From Patescibacteria group bacterium (GTDB lineage Bacteria; Patescibacteriota; Patescibacteriia; UBA10025; JAHIVO01): a stretch of 64,000 nucleotides of DNA. The stretch spans positions 80,971 to 144,970 of the forward strand of contig JAQULM010000003.1 in assembly GCA_028718605.1 (NCBI GenBank), in the 5' to 3' direction. The position numbers were made by a program, and so were the translations under genes. Each line of letters opens with the position of its first letter. Position 1 is the stretch's first letter. Below are positions 30,897-41,843 of this stretch, piece after piece. The notes under the pieces are model-generated. The model had not been told where the DNA came from and ran no database searches. It saw only the letters and a program-made list of their open reading frames with translations.

Positions 30897-31748
30897 CTAT
30901 CCCCTCCCGTCAACTGACACAATAACCATTGTCCGTTCGCTTTGGAACAGTCTCCCGTCCTTTTCCTTCTTTTTCATGAATGCAACCAACTCGCGTTGGG
31001 AATCATGAAGAGCGATGAGTTGCCGAAAAGACCGCAGGCCAAGCAATGGGATCATGCCATCAGTATAAAAAACGACATTCCAGCCCGGTTTGAGTCGCAC
31101 GCTGCCGGCCTGCAAAAACGTAACGGCCCGCGTTTCACCAGTCATCACGCCCCAGCGAATTCGTTTACCCTGAAAAGACAGCCGGGTATTGTTCACCACT
31201 TCCCTGCGGAAATATTGGTGTTCCTCCGGACTAAGCGACGAAAATCCGTACGTTCGGCATAGGAATTTCATGTATGCATCGACAGGCCCGCGATCCAATA
31301 ATTTATTTTTGACAATATTTCCTTTCGTATCGATAATCATCACTCCGCAATCGTTCAACTGACCCCAATACAATTTGCCCTGATATATACGGCCAAAAGC
31401 ACATACTGTCGCGGCGTATTGTTTCGTTAAAAAATCAACTGTTCGCGGCATGAGTCCAATCCGGCGATTGTACGCCCGTATTGCCGAATTCGCCTTGACG
31501 AACGCTTGCCGGATAGAACGAACTCCCTGAAACTGGCGCGTTAGTAAAGACGCAACTAACGTCGTAGCCGCGATCCGGGCGGCTTTTGCTGCCGGGGACG
31601 GCTTAGGATATGGATTGTAATGCAATAAGGTTACGCCATCACACACGGCAAAAGCATTACCGTCTTTATAGGCGAAATCCTCCGGTGGAATACCGTTGAA
31701 CAGTTTTGGAATGTTTGGCAGGCGTTTGGTTAAAGAAATGATAGGCAT
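30897..31748 (-). CDS. putative PP2C/SpoIIE-like (PPM family) protein phosphatase
   Basis: AVCDGVT (DG motif) and VVFYTDGM (the xSDGL-like motif). Weak. Confidence 0.45.
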   Translation of the reverse strand: MPIISLTKRLPNIPKLFNGIPPEDFAYKDGNAFAVCDGVTLLHYNPYPKPSPAAKAARIAATTLVASLLTRQFQGVRSIRQAFVKANSAIRAYNRRIGLMPRTVDFLTKQYAATVCAFGRIYQGKLYWGQLNDCGVMIIDTKGNIVKNKLLDRGPVDAYMKFLCRTYGFSSLSPEEHQYFRREVVNNTRLSFQGKRIRWGVMTGETRAVTFLQAGSVRLKPGWNVVFYTDGMIPLLGLRSFRQLIALHDSQRELVAFMKKKEKDGRLFQSERTMVIVSVDGRG

Positions 31749-31760
31749 ACATTAAAGCAA

Positions 31761-34700
31761 TTACCCCCTCCACCGGTCTTCGCAAATGTCATTGAAATCG
31801 CAGCTCTGGCACCAGAACCCGGGTGTTGCCGCAAAATCACTCGCACGGATGTCTGCGATGCGCTTCTGCAATTCCGCTTTCAGCTTTCCGCGCAGCGCCT
31901 CATCCGGCGCAAACGACAGTTTTTTGTTCGCATCAAGGTAATAGTAGCTCAAATTCACCGGTTCGAGTTTCAGTACGTCACGCGCGGCAATATCGTATAT
32001 CTGCAGCTGCTCTTTGTCATCCGGCGACAGCTTGCCGTTTTTCGGCACTTTGCCGGTTTTATAATCGATGAGCTCAACCTGCTTTGCGTTTTTTCCAACG
32101 GTATCGATCCGATCGATCACACCCTTGAACGTGTACGCGCCGAGTTTTAAATGGAACGGCTGCTCAAGGTACAGTGGCACCGGGAATACGCCATGGTGCG
32201 ATTCGTAAAACTGTTTCAATGACTCCTTGCCTTTCTCGAAATATTCCTGCTTATGCTCTGCTGACAAATACCAGTCTTCAATCCACTCGGTATTGTACAG
32301 ATCTAATAAATCTTTCAGATCCAAAACCGAGTGCCCTGAGCCTTGCGAAGGGCCTCGTTTTTCCTTTGCATCTGAAGGGCCTCCAAAAAGCGTTGCCTGC
32401 TCCTGCTTTGAACGGTCCTGGATTATCCGGAAAAACTTCTGCAGCGTATTGTGCATGGTCTTGCCAAAACTAAAGGTAAACCTGCCTTCAATGGGAATGC
32501 GCAAAATATGCGCAAACTTATACTGCTTGGGGCAGGCCTGGAACGCCATGAGCTGGGTATAGCTCGCCTTTTCGGGTATCGCCGTGCGCAGATAGTCGAG
32601 CTGCTTGATAACCTGCTGATGTTCGTCCGGTGCAGTGAGGCGCTCAACCGGATCGTGCCCTGGCTCCCGTTCGCGAGCGGCAAACCCGAGCTCAATCAGG
32701 AACCGCGACGGTTTCTTTTTCCGCGCGCCGCCGTAGTCCTCGGCGGAACTCAGGAACAGGCCGTCCTTCGCGCGCGTCATGCCGACATAGAACAAACGCC
32801 GCTCTTCCTGCAAATGGATGTCCCCTTCCGGAATGATTTCCTTCACGAGCTCATCAGGAATTTCGATCTGCTCCCGGCGCTCTGTCGTCGGGAAACGTTT
32901 GTCGACGAGACTGACGATGAACACGTACGAAAATTCCAATCCCTTCGCGCCATGGATTGTCATAATCTTCACCGCTTCCGGACCCTCCTCCCACGGCTGG
33001 TGTAGCGAGCCTTCATCGCCCGCTTCCTGGATGGACGCGAAATAATCGAGGAACGCCTTTACCGATGTATCATCATTTGCCCCCTCAAACTCCTCAATCT
33101 GCCGGAAAAACTGGTTCAGGTGCATGATACGGTCGACATTTTCCTGGCTCTCACGGCTCGTGATATATTTCAGGTATTGCGAATCTTTCATGAACCGCAA
33201 CGCAACCTGCAGGACGCTCTTGGTACGGGCAAGCTGCGTGTGGCCCTGGATCATGCGGATAATTTTCTCCAGCACGGCGTGCATTTCTGCTGGTACGCCG
33301 TGGATCGCACGGCTCTGCTGGATTGTTTCGAACAACGACACCCGCTTCATTGAGGCGTACCGCGATACTGTCATGAGGCCGTAGGCGGGCATTTTCCAGT
33401 ATGGAAAATTCAATACGCGCCAGAGCGCGATCGATTCGTGATAATTATCAAGAAGCTTCAGGTACGCAACCACGTCCATGACTTCCGGCTGCGAATACAG
33501 GCCGCGTGATGCGAGGAACTGGTGCGGGATGTCGAGCCGCGACAGTGCGGTTATATACTCGCTCGCGTACGCATTCGCGCGCACGAGAATGGCAAAATCA
33601 CTCCATGATAACTTTTTGTTCCTTTTTTTCAGCTCCACAATCTGTTTCACGACGCCAGATGCCTCATCAAGATGGGTTCGATACTGAGTGTGCTTAAGCA
33701 TGCCATCGGCGCCGCGTTCTGCGTGCAATTTCTTGCTCACTTTTGTTTTGAGCGGTGCGCCCTTTGAACTGATTGTTCCTTTTGATAATTGGTATTCGAG
33801 CCGGTTCGGGTCATTCTGCTTAATAAATGCGTACGCAGCATCCAGAATATTCTGTTTGGTGCGGTAATTTTCGGTAAGGACGATTTCCTGCGAATCCGGA
33901 TAATCTTTCTTGAATTCCAAAATGTTCGATATAGCCGCGCCGCGAAACTTATAGATTGATTGGTCGTCGTCGCCGACGACCGTGAGGTTATTGTTCGGCG
34001 CCGCGAGCGCTTTGACGAGCTCATACTGTGCGTAGTTCGTATCCTGGAATTCATCGACGAGGATATACTGGAACTGCATACGGTACTTTTCTAACACTGT
34101 GGGGCGCGTTTTAAATAAACGCAACGTGTACAAAATAAGGTCGCCAAAATCAAGCGCGCTGGATTCGAGCAGGAGCTGCTGGTACGTATGGTACGTGTCC
34201 GCAACCTCGGCAATCCGCTGTGCTTCGGAAATTTCCTCATCGCTTGCGTCTTTCTTTTTAACAAATTCTTCCTGGTCGCGATCAAGCTTCAGCTTCTGGG
34301 CGTATTCAAGGTACTCTTCCGGTGACACGTTCTCGTCTTTCACACGTGAAAAATGCCGGACGAGTGCGGTAATGAATTTCGTGGGGTTCCCCAACGGCCG
34401 ATAGTAATCCAGGTTGAAGCGCGCGAGGTTCTGACGTACGAGCAGTACCTGGTCGGTTTCGTTCAACAGGCGGAAGTCTGGCGGCAAACCGATTTCAAGC
34501 GCATTATCTTTCAAGATCCGCTCACAGAATGAATGAAATGTTGATATCCAAAGGTCCACGTACCCGTATGGCAGCAGCACGTCAACGCGCTCTTCCATCT
34601 CAGAAGCCGCTTTCTCCGTGAACGTCAGGGCAAGCACTGCGTCTGTCGGCACCTTCTTGTCGAGTACGAGCCAGGCAAGGCGCTGGGTGATGACTGTCGT

Positions 34701-34796
34701 TTTGCCCGTGCCAGCGCCAGCCACGATCAAGAGCGGCCCCTGGCCATGAGTAGCCGCTTTCCGCTGTGCTGCATTGAGGTTGTCGAGTAAGCTCAT
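31761..34796 (-). CDS. UvrD/PcrA-family ATP-dependent DNA helicase fused to a C-terminal PD-(D/E)xK RecB/Cas4-like nuclease domain with a 4-Cys cluster
   Basis: Walker A AGAGTGKT, helicase motifs I-VI, then IDRIDTV...ELIDYKTGK, and CQSCDFNDIC at the C-terminus. 1011 aa. Confidence 0.85.
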   Translation of the reverse strand: MSLLDNLNAAQRKAATHGQGPLLIVAGAGTGKTTVITQRLAWLVLDKKVPTDAVLALTFTEKAASEMEERVDVLLPYGYVDLWISTFHSFCERILKDNALEIGLPPDFRLLNETDQVLLVRQNLARFNLDYYRPLGNPTKFITALVRHFSRVKDENVSPEEYLEYAQKLKLDRDQEEFVKKKDASDEEISEAQRIAEVADTYHTYQQLLLESSALDFGDLILYTLRLFKTRPTVLEKYRMQFQYILVDEFQDTNYAQYELVKALAAPNNNLTVVGDDDQSIYKFRGAAISNILEFKKDYPDSQEIVLTENYRTKQNILDAAYAFIKQNDPNRLEYQLSKGTISSKGAPLKTKVSKKLHAERGADGMLKHTQYRTHLDEASGVVKQIVELKKRNKKLSWSDFAILVRANAYASEYITALSRLDIPHQFLASRGLYSQPEVMDVVAYLKLLDNYHESIALWRVLNFPYWKMPAYGLMTVSRYASMKRVSLFETIQQSRAIHGVPAEMHAVLEKIIRMIQGHTQLARTKSVLQVALRFMKDSQYLKYITSRESQENVDRIMHLNQFFRQIEEFEGANDDTSVKAFLDYFASIQEAGDEGSLHQPWEEGPEAVKIMTIHGAKGLEFSYVFIVSLVDKRFPTTERREQIEIPDELVKEIIPEGDIHLQEERRLFYVGMTRAKDGLFLSSAEDYGGARKKKPSRFLIELGFAAREREPGHDPVERLTAPDEHQQVIKQLDYLRTAIPEKASYTQLMAFQACPKQYKFAHILRIPIEGRFTFSFGKTMHNTLQKFFRIIQDRSKQEQATLFGGPSDAKEKRGPSQGSGHSVLDLKDLLDLYNTEWIEDWYLSAEHKQEYFEKGKESLKQFYESHHGVFPVPLYLEQPFHLKLGAYTFKGVIDRIDTVGKNAKQVELIDYKTGKVPKNGKLSPDDKEQLQIYDIAARDVLKLEPVNLSYYYLDANKKLSFAPDEALRGKLKAELQKRIADIRASDFAATPGFWCQSCDFNDICEDRWRG

Positions 34797-34802
34797 GCAC
34801 GT

Positions 34803-34859
34803 ATTGTAGCATACTAAAAACTATAATAAAAAAGGGAGCGGCCGCGCACGGTCGCTCCC
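34803..34859 (-). promoter_or_regulatory. extended -10 TGCTACAATAC 4 nt before the helicase ATG (leaderless), immediately downstream of a hairpin/U-tract terminator
   Basis: Minus-strand GGGAGCGACCGUGCGCGGCCGCUCCC-UUUUUUAUUAUAG, then TTTTTAGTATGCTACAATACGTGCATG. Confidence 0.4.
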
Positions 34860-35154
34860 ACTGCCCGCAGACTGGGAATCCGTCTGCACGCGCCTTCGTC
34901 TTGGATTTTAAGTCCGGCCGTTGAACGGGTTCTGTGAAGCCAGGGGCAGTATGCTGATTCTCTTCATCATGGGACCTCCTCTGTTTGAGAGAATCGTTCC
35001 TGTGATAGTACCGGGAAATCGCGTGCAGGCGCACGTCGGTACTATTTTTAAAATACAGCAATGCAATAAATTGTCCAGCGTAAACAGCTGGTAAAAAAAC
35101 TACCTCCCCAAGGGAAAATCCCCCGAAGGAGGCAGTATCAGAGGAGATAGCTAG

Positions 35155-35523
35155 TCAGTAGTACAGTTCGAGGGCAATCACCAACAGCATGGGAAGAATG
35201 CCAATACTGAGAAATGCAGCGAGCACGAATCGGGCAAAAGGCGTTGAGTGGATTTGATCACCGGCAGCTGTTAGCTCCGGCGGCGCGTCTTTCGGCTTTA
35301 AACGCCGACGATCCCGAAGGCACTGTATGATAACATACTGCAATCGCCGTGTTGGCTTGAAAACGTGGCCGCAACCTTGGCACGTAAGGCCGGAACCCAC
35401 GGTACTATCGTCAATATCCTCAAACTCCACTCCGCAACTCGGGCAAAATAACTTTCCACGCTCTGCTTTCTGCCTGGTCTGACGATGGCTAACTCTATTT
35501 CCAATGAACCACGAGAGGAACAT
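35155..35523 (-). CDS. zinc-ribbon protein with a C-terminal TM anchor
   Basis: GGAGGGTTTGT precedes ATG. CPSCG...CQGCGH and a C-terminal hydrophobic helix. The ORF-track start at 35568 was rejected. Confidence 0.5.
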   Translation of the reverse strand: MFLSWFIGNRVSHRQTRQKAERGKLFCPSCGVEFEDIDDSTVGSGLTCQGCGHVFKPTRRLQYVIIQCLRDRRRLKPKDAPPELTAAGDQIHSTPFARFVLAAFLSIGILPMLLVIALELYY

Positions 35524-35620
35524 ACAAACCCTCCATGTTTCAGTTCCATATATAATGCAGGATATCATACACCCACGACCGGCGTTTTGTCAAGACTCGT
35601 GCCTGCTTTAAAAGCACGGC

Positions 35621-35650
35621 TTGACATGGCAATAACGTTTGCCATATACT
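35621..35650 (+). promoter_or_regulatory. sigma70-like promoter TTGACA-18-TATACT, with an overlapping inverted repeat (GTCAAGACTCGTGC...GCACGGCTTGAC)
   Basis: TTGACA at 35621-35626 and TATACT at 35645-35650. The inverted repeat spans the -35 box. Confidence 0.4.
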
Positions 35651-35708
35651 GTTCCGTATCATCTTATTTCCTTTCCAACAAACAAAGACACCATCACACC
35701 ATGGAGGG

Positions 35709-35918
35709 TTGATGTCCTCACTCAAATTGCCCTTTTTCCTGTGGCGCAGGAAAGCGCCACACAAAACGTCTACCGTAACGACTCCTTCGCGCGTCCTTGG
35801 CAGGCCTGACTTTCCCGAAGCACTGGCAGAATCCCGGCGCGAATCGCCGCCGCAAAATATCAGCTTTATCCTCAAGGAAGGTCCCCACGCTTTATGGAGT
35901 GGACCGCGCGAAGATTAG
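35709..35918 (+). CDS. possible small protein (69 aa, Pro/Arg-rich), or part of an sRNA
   Basis: GGAGGG lies 4 nt before ATG. The protein is low-complexity. It sits between the promoter at 35621 and the terminator at 35960. Confidence 0.2.
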   Translation: MMSSLKLPFFLWRRKAPHKTSTVTTPSRVLGRPDFPEALAESRRESPPQNISFILKEGPHALWSGPRED

Positions 35919-35959
35919 TAATTCCGCTGCTCGAACAGAATTGCGCCTGCACGAAGTAT

Positions 35960-35997
35960 GCGCAGTGGCGACGACGCCACTGCGCTCTTTTTATTTC
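35960..35997 (+). terminator. rho-independent terminator
   Basis: GCGCAGUGGCG-ACGA-CGCCACUGCGC followed by UCUUUUUAUUU. Confidence 0.6.
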
Positions 35998-36003
35998 CAG
36001 AAC

Positions 36004-36627
36004 TTACGATCCTGCCGCAAAATGAAAGGTTGAAAGCGTATTATAAAATAAATCACGGTATATCGGCCAGAAAAGCTCCGTTGTCATGCACGATACCACA
36101 AAGTAACGGTTGTTATTGAGCACAACGGCAACGACACCCTGCAAACCCATGCCCTGCTGGGTCGTCAGTGATTCCATGAACTGGGCGGGCACGCCGCTTA
36201 TCACGCCGGTAATCGTGTTATGAACTGCAAACGCGGCATCCTCCGCCTGGTATTCTCCTACAATTGATGCGGTGACCTCATCCAGGGTCTTGCCCGTTGC
36301 ACTGTCAAACCGGATTTCGATTGAGCTGTGGTAGGATTTTTTATGGGCTATGCTGCTTTCAGGATGCGTCTCCTTTAAATTCTTAAACGTTGCGTATGAG
36401 TCGGTATCACGCACTTTCGCCCAGCCATCAGGCAAGGTTATTGAAAACATGTCGGATGAAAACTCATTTAACGGGACAGTGTTCAAATCCGCAGTATCGC
36501 TGGCTGCCGTGGAACGGAACGTATAAAAACAAATCCCGAGCGCAACGCACAGGATAAAAGGTACGCCGATGAAAAAGACGTACGTAGGGCTGGCAGCTTT
36601 TGCTTGTTTGGTTTTTTTTACTGGCAT
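36004..36627 (-). CDS. hypothetical membrane-anchored secreted protein
   Basis: Start MPVKKTKQ, one TM helix (YVFFIGVPFILCVALGICFY), then a ~170-aa extracytoplasmic domain. Confidence 0.5.
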   Translation of the reverse strand: MPVKKTKQAKAASPTYVFFIGVPFILCVALGICFYTFRSTAASDTADLNTVPLNEFSSDMFSITLPDGWAKVRDTDSYATFKNLKETHPESSIAHKKSYHSSIEIRFDSATGKTLDEVTASIVGEYQAEDAAFAVHNTITGVISGVPAQFMESLTTQQGMGLQGVVAVVLNNNRYFVVSCMTTELFWPIYRDLFYNTLSTFHFAAGS

Positions 36628-36680
36628 ACGTTTTTTAAGCGATCGAAAACTCAAACAAACCGAGAGCCGAATGCTCTGCA

Positions 36681-37022
36681 TCAATGCGACTCGCTTGCTC
36701 CGATTTCTATGAGCCTCTGGAGGATTTTAACCATGCGGTACACATCAGCCTGTGTAACGAGGTCCTGTTGCGGTTCAGTGTCGTTTCGTCTCCTGACCGG
36801 CATCGCGATGACGCCTTCCTTGTCGCCGGCGCCGAGGATATGTTCAGCAAGCTCAGAATCCGGATCGAGTCCGGCTTTACGGTACAGCGGCAGGCCATTT
36901 TCGTGCTGTAATAGATAGTCGCGCAAAGGTCCCCTCACAAACCGCTGGATTTCATCGAGCTCCGCTTCGTTCAGAGGTTGGTCGTCACGATATTCGAATT
37001 CTGGCCCGTTTTCTCCTGGCAT
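36681..37022 (-). CDS. hypothetical protein
   Basis: 113-aa acidic ORF. Its stop overlaps the downstream gene start by 4 nt (ATGA), so it is operonic. Confidence 0.45.
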   Translation of the reverse strand: MPGENGPEFEYRDDQPLNEAELDEIQRFVRGPLRDYLLQHENGLPLYRKAGLDPDSELAEHILGAGDKEGVIAMPVRRRNDTEPQQDLVTQADVYRMVKILQRLIEIGASESH

Positions 37023-37033
37023 AAGGGTACAAT

Positions 37034-37462
37034 TTATTGAATCATTTCAAAATCAATCTTATTCTTGCCGTCCTTTTCCTCAATGCGCGCAAGAATCTTG
37101 TGGATGGTAAGGCCGGGAAATGTCTCCCCAAAAACCTGCCGCGCTGCCTCCATGTCGCCGAGTTGCTTTGTCCGTTCTTCTTCGACAGACACAAATGCCG
37201 CATGGCCGCCGTACGCGCCGCAGTCCATGTGGTGGATAATGTACACGTCAGTAATCCCGTGCAACCGTTTCGAAATATCCGCTTGCTGCAAGAGCAATTC
37301 GACTGACGCCGGGTTCTTATCAACCAGGCCTTTTGCCGCACCAGCCAAGCTGGCGAGATCGTACTGGTCTTTCAATCCGAGTGACACGAGAAAATCACGG
37401 ATCGCTGAGTGGAACCGGAAGTCGATGCATTGGAGGATGAGCGCCTTACACTGATGGGACAT
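37034..37462 (-). CDS. beta-carbonic-anhydrase-like protein (Cys-x-Asp-x-Arg ... His-x-x-Cys zinc site)
   Basis: LQCIDFRF and HHMDCGAYGG. 142 aa. Confidence 0.45.
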   Translation of the reverse strand: MSHQCKALILQCIDFRFHSAIRDFLVSLGLKDQYDLASLAGAAKGLVDKNPASVELLLQQADISKRLHGITDVYIIHHMDCGAYGGHAAFVSVEEERTKQLGDMEAARQVFGETFPGLTIHKILARIEEKDGKNKIDFEMIQ

Positions 37463-37721
37463 CGATGGAACGATTAATTGTATAACAGTATTTTATCATG
37501 AAAATGCTTTATTTACAAATAAAAAAACTGGCCGGGAGAGCGTATGCTCTTTGCCTGTACGAGGGATACCACACACACCTCACCATGCGAAAGGAATCGC
37601 ACTCCGCCGTACCACCAGCGGATTAAAAATCGTACAGGCCGCTACTCCCGGCCATTTCCCATTTCCACCCGTCACAAGGGCTTACCCACACCTTACATCC
37701 CCTTCGCGTAGCCGTCAATAT

Positions 37722-37755
37722 AAAAAACAGGGTCCGCGCTGGCGGGCACGGACCC
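37722..37755 (-). terminator. rho-independent terminator
   Basis: Minus-strand GGGUCCGUGCCCGCCAGCGCGGACCC followed by UGUUUUUUAUAUUG. Confidence 0.5.
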
Positions 37756-37793
37756 TTTCATGTTCCCTTGGTAGAGAATGGTACTATTCCTCC

Positions 37794-38882
37794 TTATGCT
37801 ACGCGACTGAGATCGCGGAATGGATCGATCGGCATGATCAGCCGATCTTCTAGATTAACGATCCCCGCGAGAACGTGCAGATACTGCTCGAGCTCGGGCA
37901 CGCGTTCGTGGATAACTCTCAGGGTAAATCTCGTTAATTCGCGCGCTTTCAGTTCAGCGAAACGATGTTCGAAGCCCGTCCTGTTGCGATATGCACCGGA
38001 CACCATCAACAGTGCGCCCTGCTGAACCGGGATAACTTCTCCCTCCAGATTATGGAGAAGGATTCGAGCAGCGATCTCAACGGGTTCCATCAGATTGTAG
38101 GCGAAAGGTCCGATGATGACACACTTGTTGAGCCAGTGCAGCCAGTCAAATCCCTTGCCGATCGCAATGGAAACTTCACCATGGTCAGATTCTACCGCTA
38201 ACCGTGGATTCTGACGTAGCTTCTGAATGTGCCGCTGGTTTCCGAGGAGTAACGGAATAAGGTCAGTGACGACTTGAGCAGGCATATCGGGGTAGAGTTC
38301 CCCGATAATGCGCCGGAGTTCAGACTCGCTCATGTTTGGAGAGTCTGCCATGTTCAGAAATCCACCATGGTCGCCGTGCAGGAGCAGGGCGTCCTCATCG
38401 GTTTCGATGCCGACGATAATGGGATATACAACTTGGTGCTCATAGCCAAATACGAATTCGATTTGCTGCTTCAGCTTGCGAGCATCAGCGCGGGCTGCTT
38501 CGACATCAAAGTTATGGCCTTTGCAGCCATGCTCGGTAATACTCTTTGACCAATGGTAGGTAACGAATACCAGGCAACGGCGGCGCATGCTGATGGAATA
38601 TTCCACCCATCCGAGGAGCTGGTCCGCAAGATGCGGCCACCCGAGATCAAACGATCCCGCGAGGTTTCTGATTGGTTGGATCAAGCCTAATGGGGTCTCA
38701 GTGATGACTGCACCGTTCAGACGGCCGTCCATGCACTTAAACCACAGAATCTCCGTGGGATGTTCAACGCGGTAGAACAGACGCTGCCCTTTTGCATCCG
38801 GGCTGCAGAAAATGGCGCTCTGCTCCGCGTTGCGTCTTAGCATGAGCTGTGCAAGCTCGCTATTTCGGTAATCAAGATTCAA
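37794..38882 (-). CDS. hypothetical protein with a beta-CA-like Cys/Asp/Arg...His/Cys signature (362 aa)
   Basis: WFKCMDGRLNG and HWSKSITEHGCKGH. TTG start after AAAGGGGA. Confidence 0.4.
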   Translation of the reverse strand: MNLDYRNSELAQLMLRRNAEQSAIFCSPDAKGQRLFYRVEHPTEILWFKCMDGRLNGAVITETPLGLIQPIRNLAGSFDLGWPHLADQLLGWVEYSISMRRRCLVFVTYHWSKSITEHGCKGHNFDVEAARADARKLKQQIEFVFGYEHQVVYPIIVGIETDEDALLLHGDHGGFLNMADSPNMSESELRRIIGELYPDMPAQVVTDLIPLLLGNQRHIQKLRQNPRLAVESDHGEVSIAIGKGFDWLHWLNKCVIIGPFAYNLMEPVEIAARILLHNLEGEVIPVQQGALLMVSGAYRNRTGFEHRFAELKARELTRFTLRVIHERVPELEQYLHVLAGIVNLEDRLIMPIDPFRDLSRVA

Positions 38883-39021
38883 GATATCCCCTTTCTAGGT
38901 GCTGTATGTTGATGTTTATCTTTCGTTTTAAGTGTCCACTCTATAGTAAAACCGGCAACCTGTCAAGGGTGCCAAAAAATCGCTCTTTACGCAGGTGCGT
39001 CCAGAAGGCCGTAGCCAGGTA

Positions 39022-39465
39022 TTAGACTGCCGGGGGGGGCGGCTGCTGGCGCGGGTTGCGCCGCTTGCGGGCAACCTTGAGGCGCGCGAGTTCTTTCTCG
39101 ATTTTCGCTGAAAGGCGCGCGAATTCGGAAGCGTCAACACGCTTTTCCTTCACCAGCTCCTGGGCCCGCTTCCGCGCTTCGTCTGCCTTTGTTTCGTCAA
39201 TTTCCTCGGCTCGCTCAGCGGTGTCTGACAGCACCACAACTTTGTCCGGCCGCACCTGCAGGAAACCGCCTGATACAGCCATATAAATAGTCTCCCCGCC
39301 TTTCTTTATGCGGAGCTCCCCTGCCGACAGCAGCGACACGAGCGGTATGTGGTTCGGCAGCACGCCGATCTCTCCCTGCGGTGTCGGTAAAATGACCTCG
39401 TCAACCTCATCGGAAAAAACGGTTCGTTCGGGTGTGGTGATTTCAAATCGTATTTTCAATGCCAT
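39022..39465 (-). CDS. atpC: F1Fo ATP synthase epsilon subunit
   Basis: MALKIRFEITTPERTVFSDEVDEVILPT, with a basic/Pro-rich C-terminal tail. Confidence 0.9.
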   Translation of the reverse strand: MALKIRFEITTPERTVFSDEVDEVILPTPQGEIGVLPNHIPLVSLLSAGELRIKKGGETIYMAVSGGFLQVRPDKVVVLSDTAERAEEIDETKADEARKRAQELVKEKRVDASEFARLSAKIEKELARLKVARKRRNPRQQPPPPAV

Positions 39466-39476
39466 AAGAAGCTTGT

Positions 39477-41829
<2,353 letters not shown>

Positions 41830-41843
41830 GGATTAAAAGCTTG

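Noticed and set aside
35540-35875. 111-aa minus-strand ORF in the 35.5-36.0 kb intergenic region
   Set aside because: Low-complexity (Arg/Ser/Gly-rich) with no RBS. The region is better explained by the plus-strand promoter/terminator unit.
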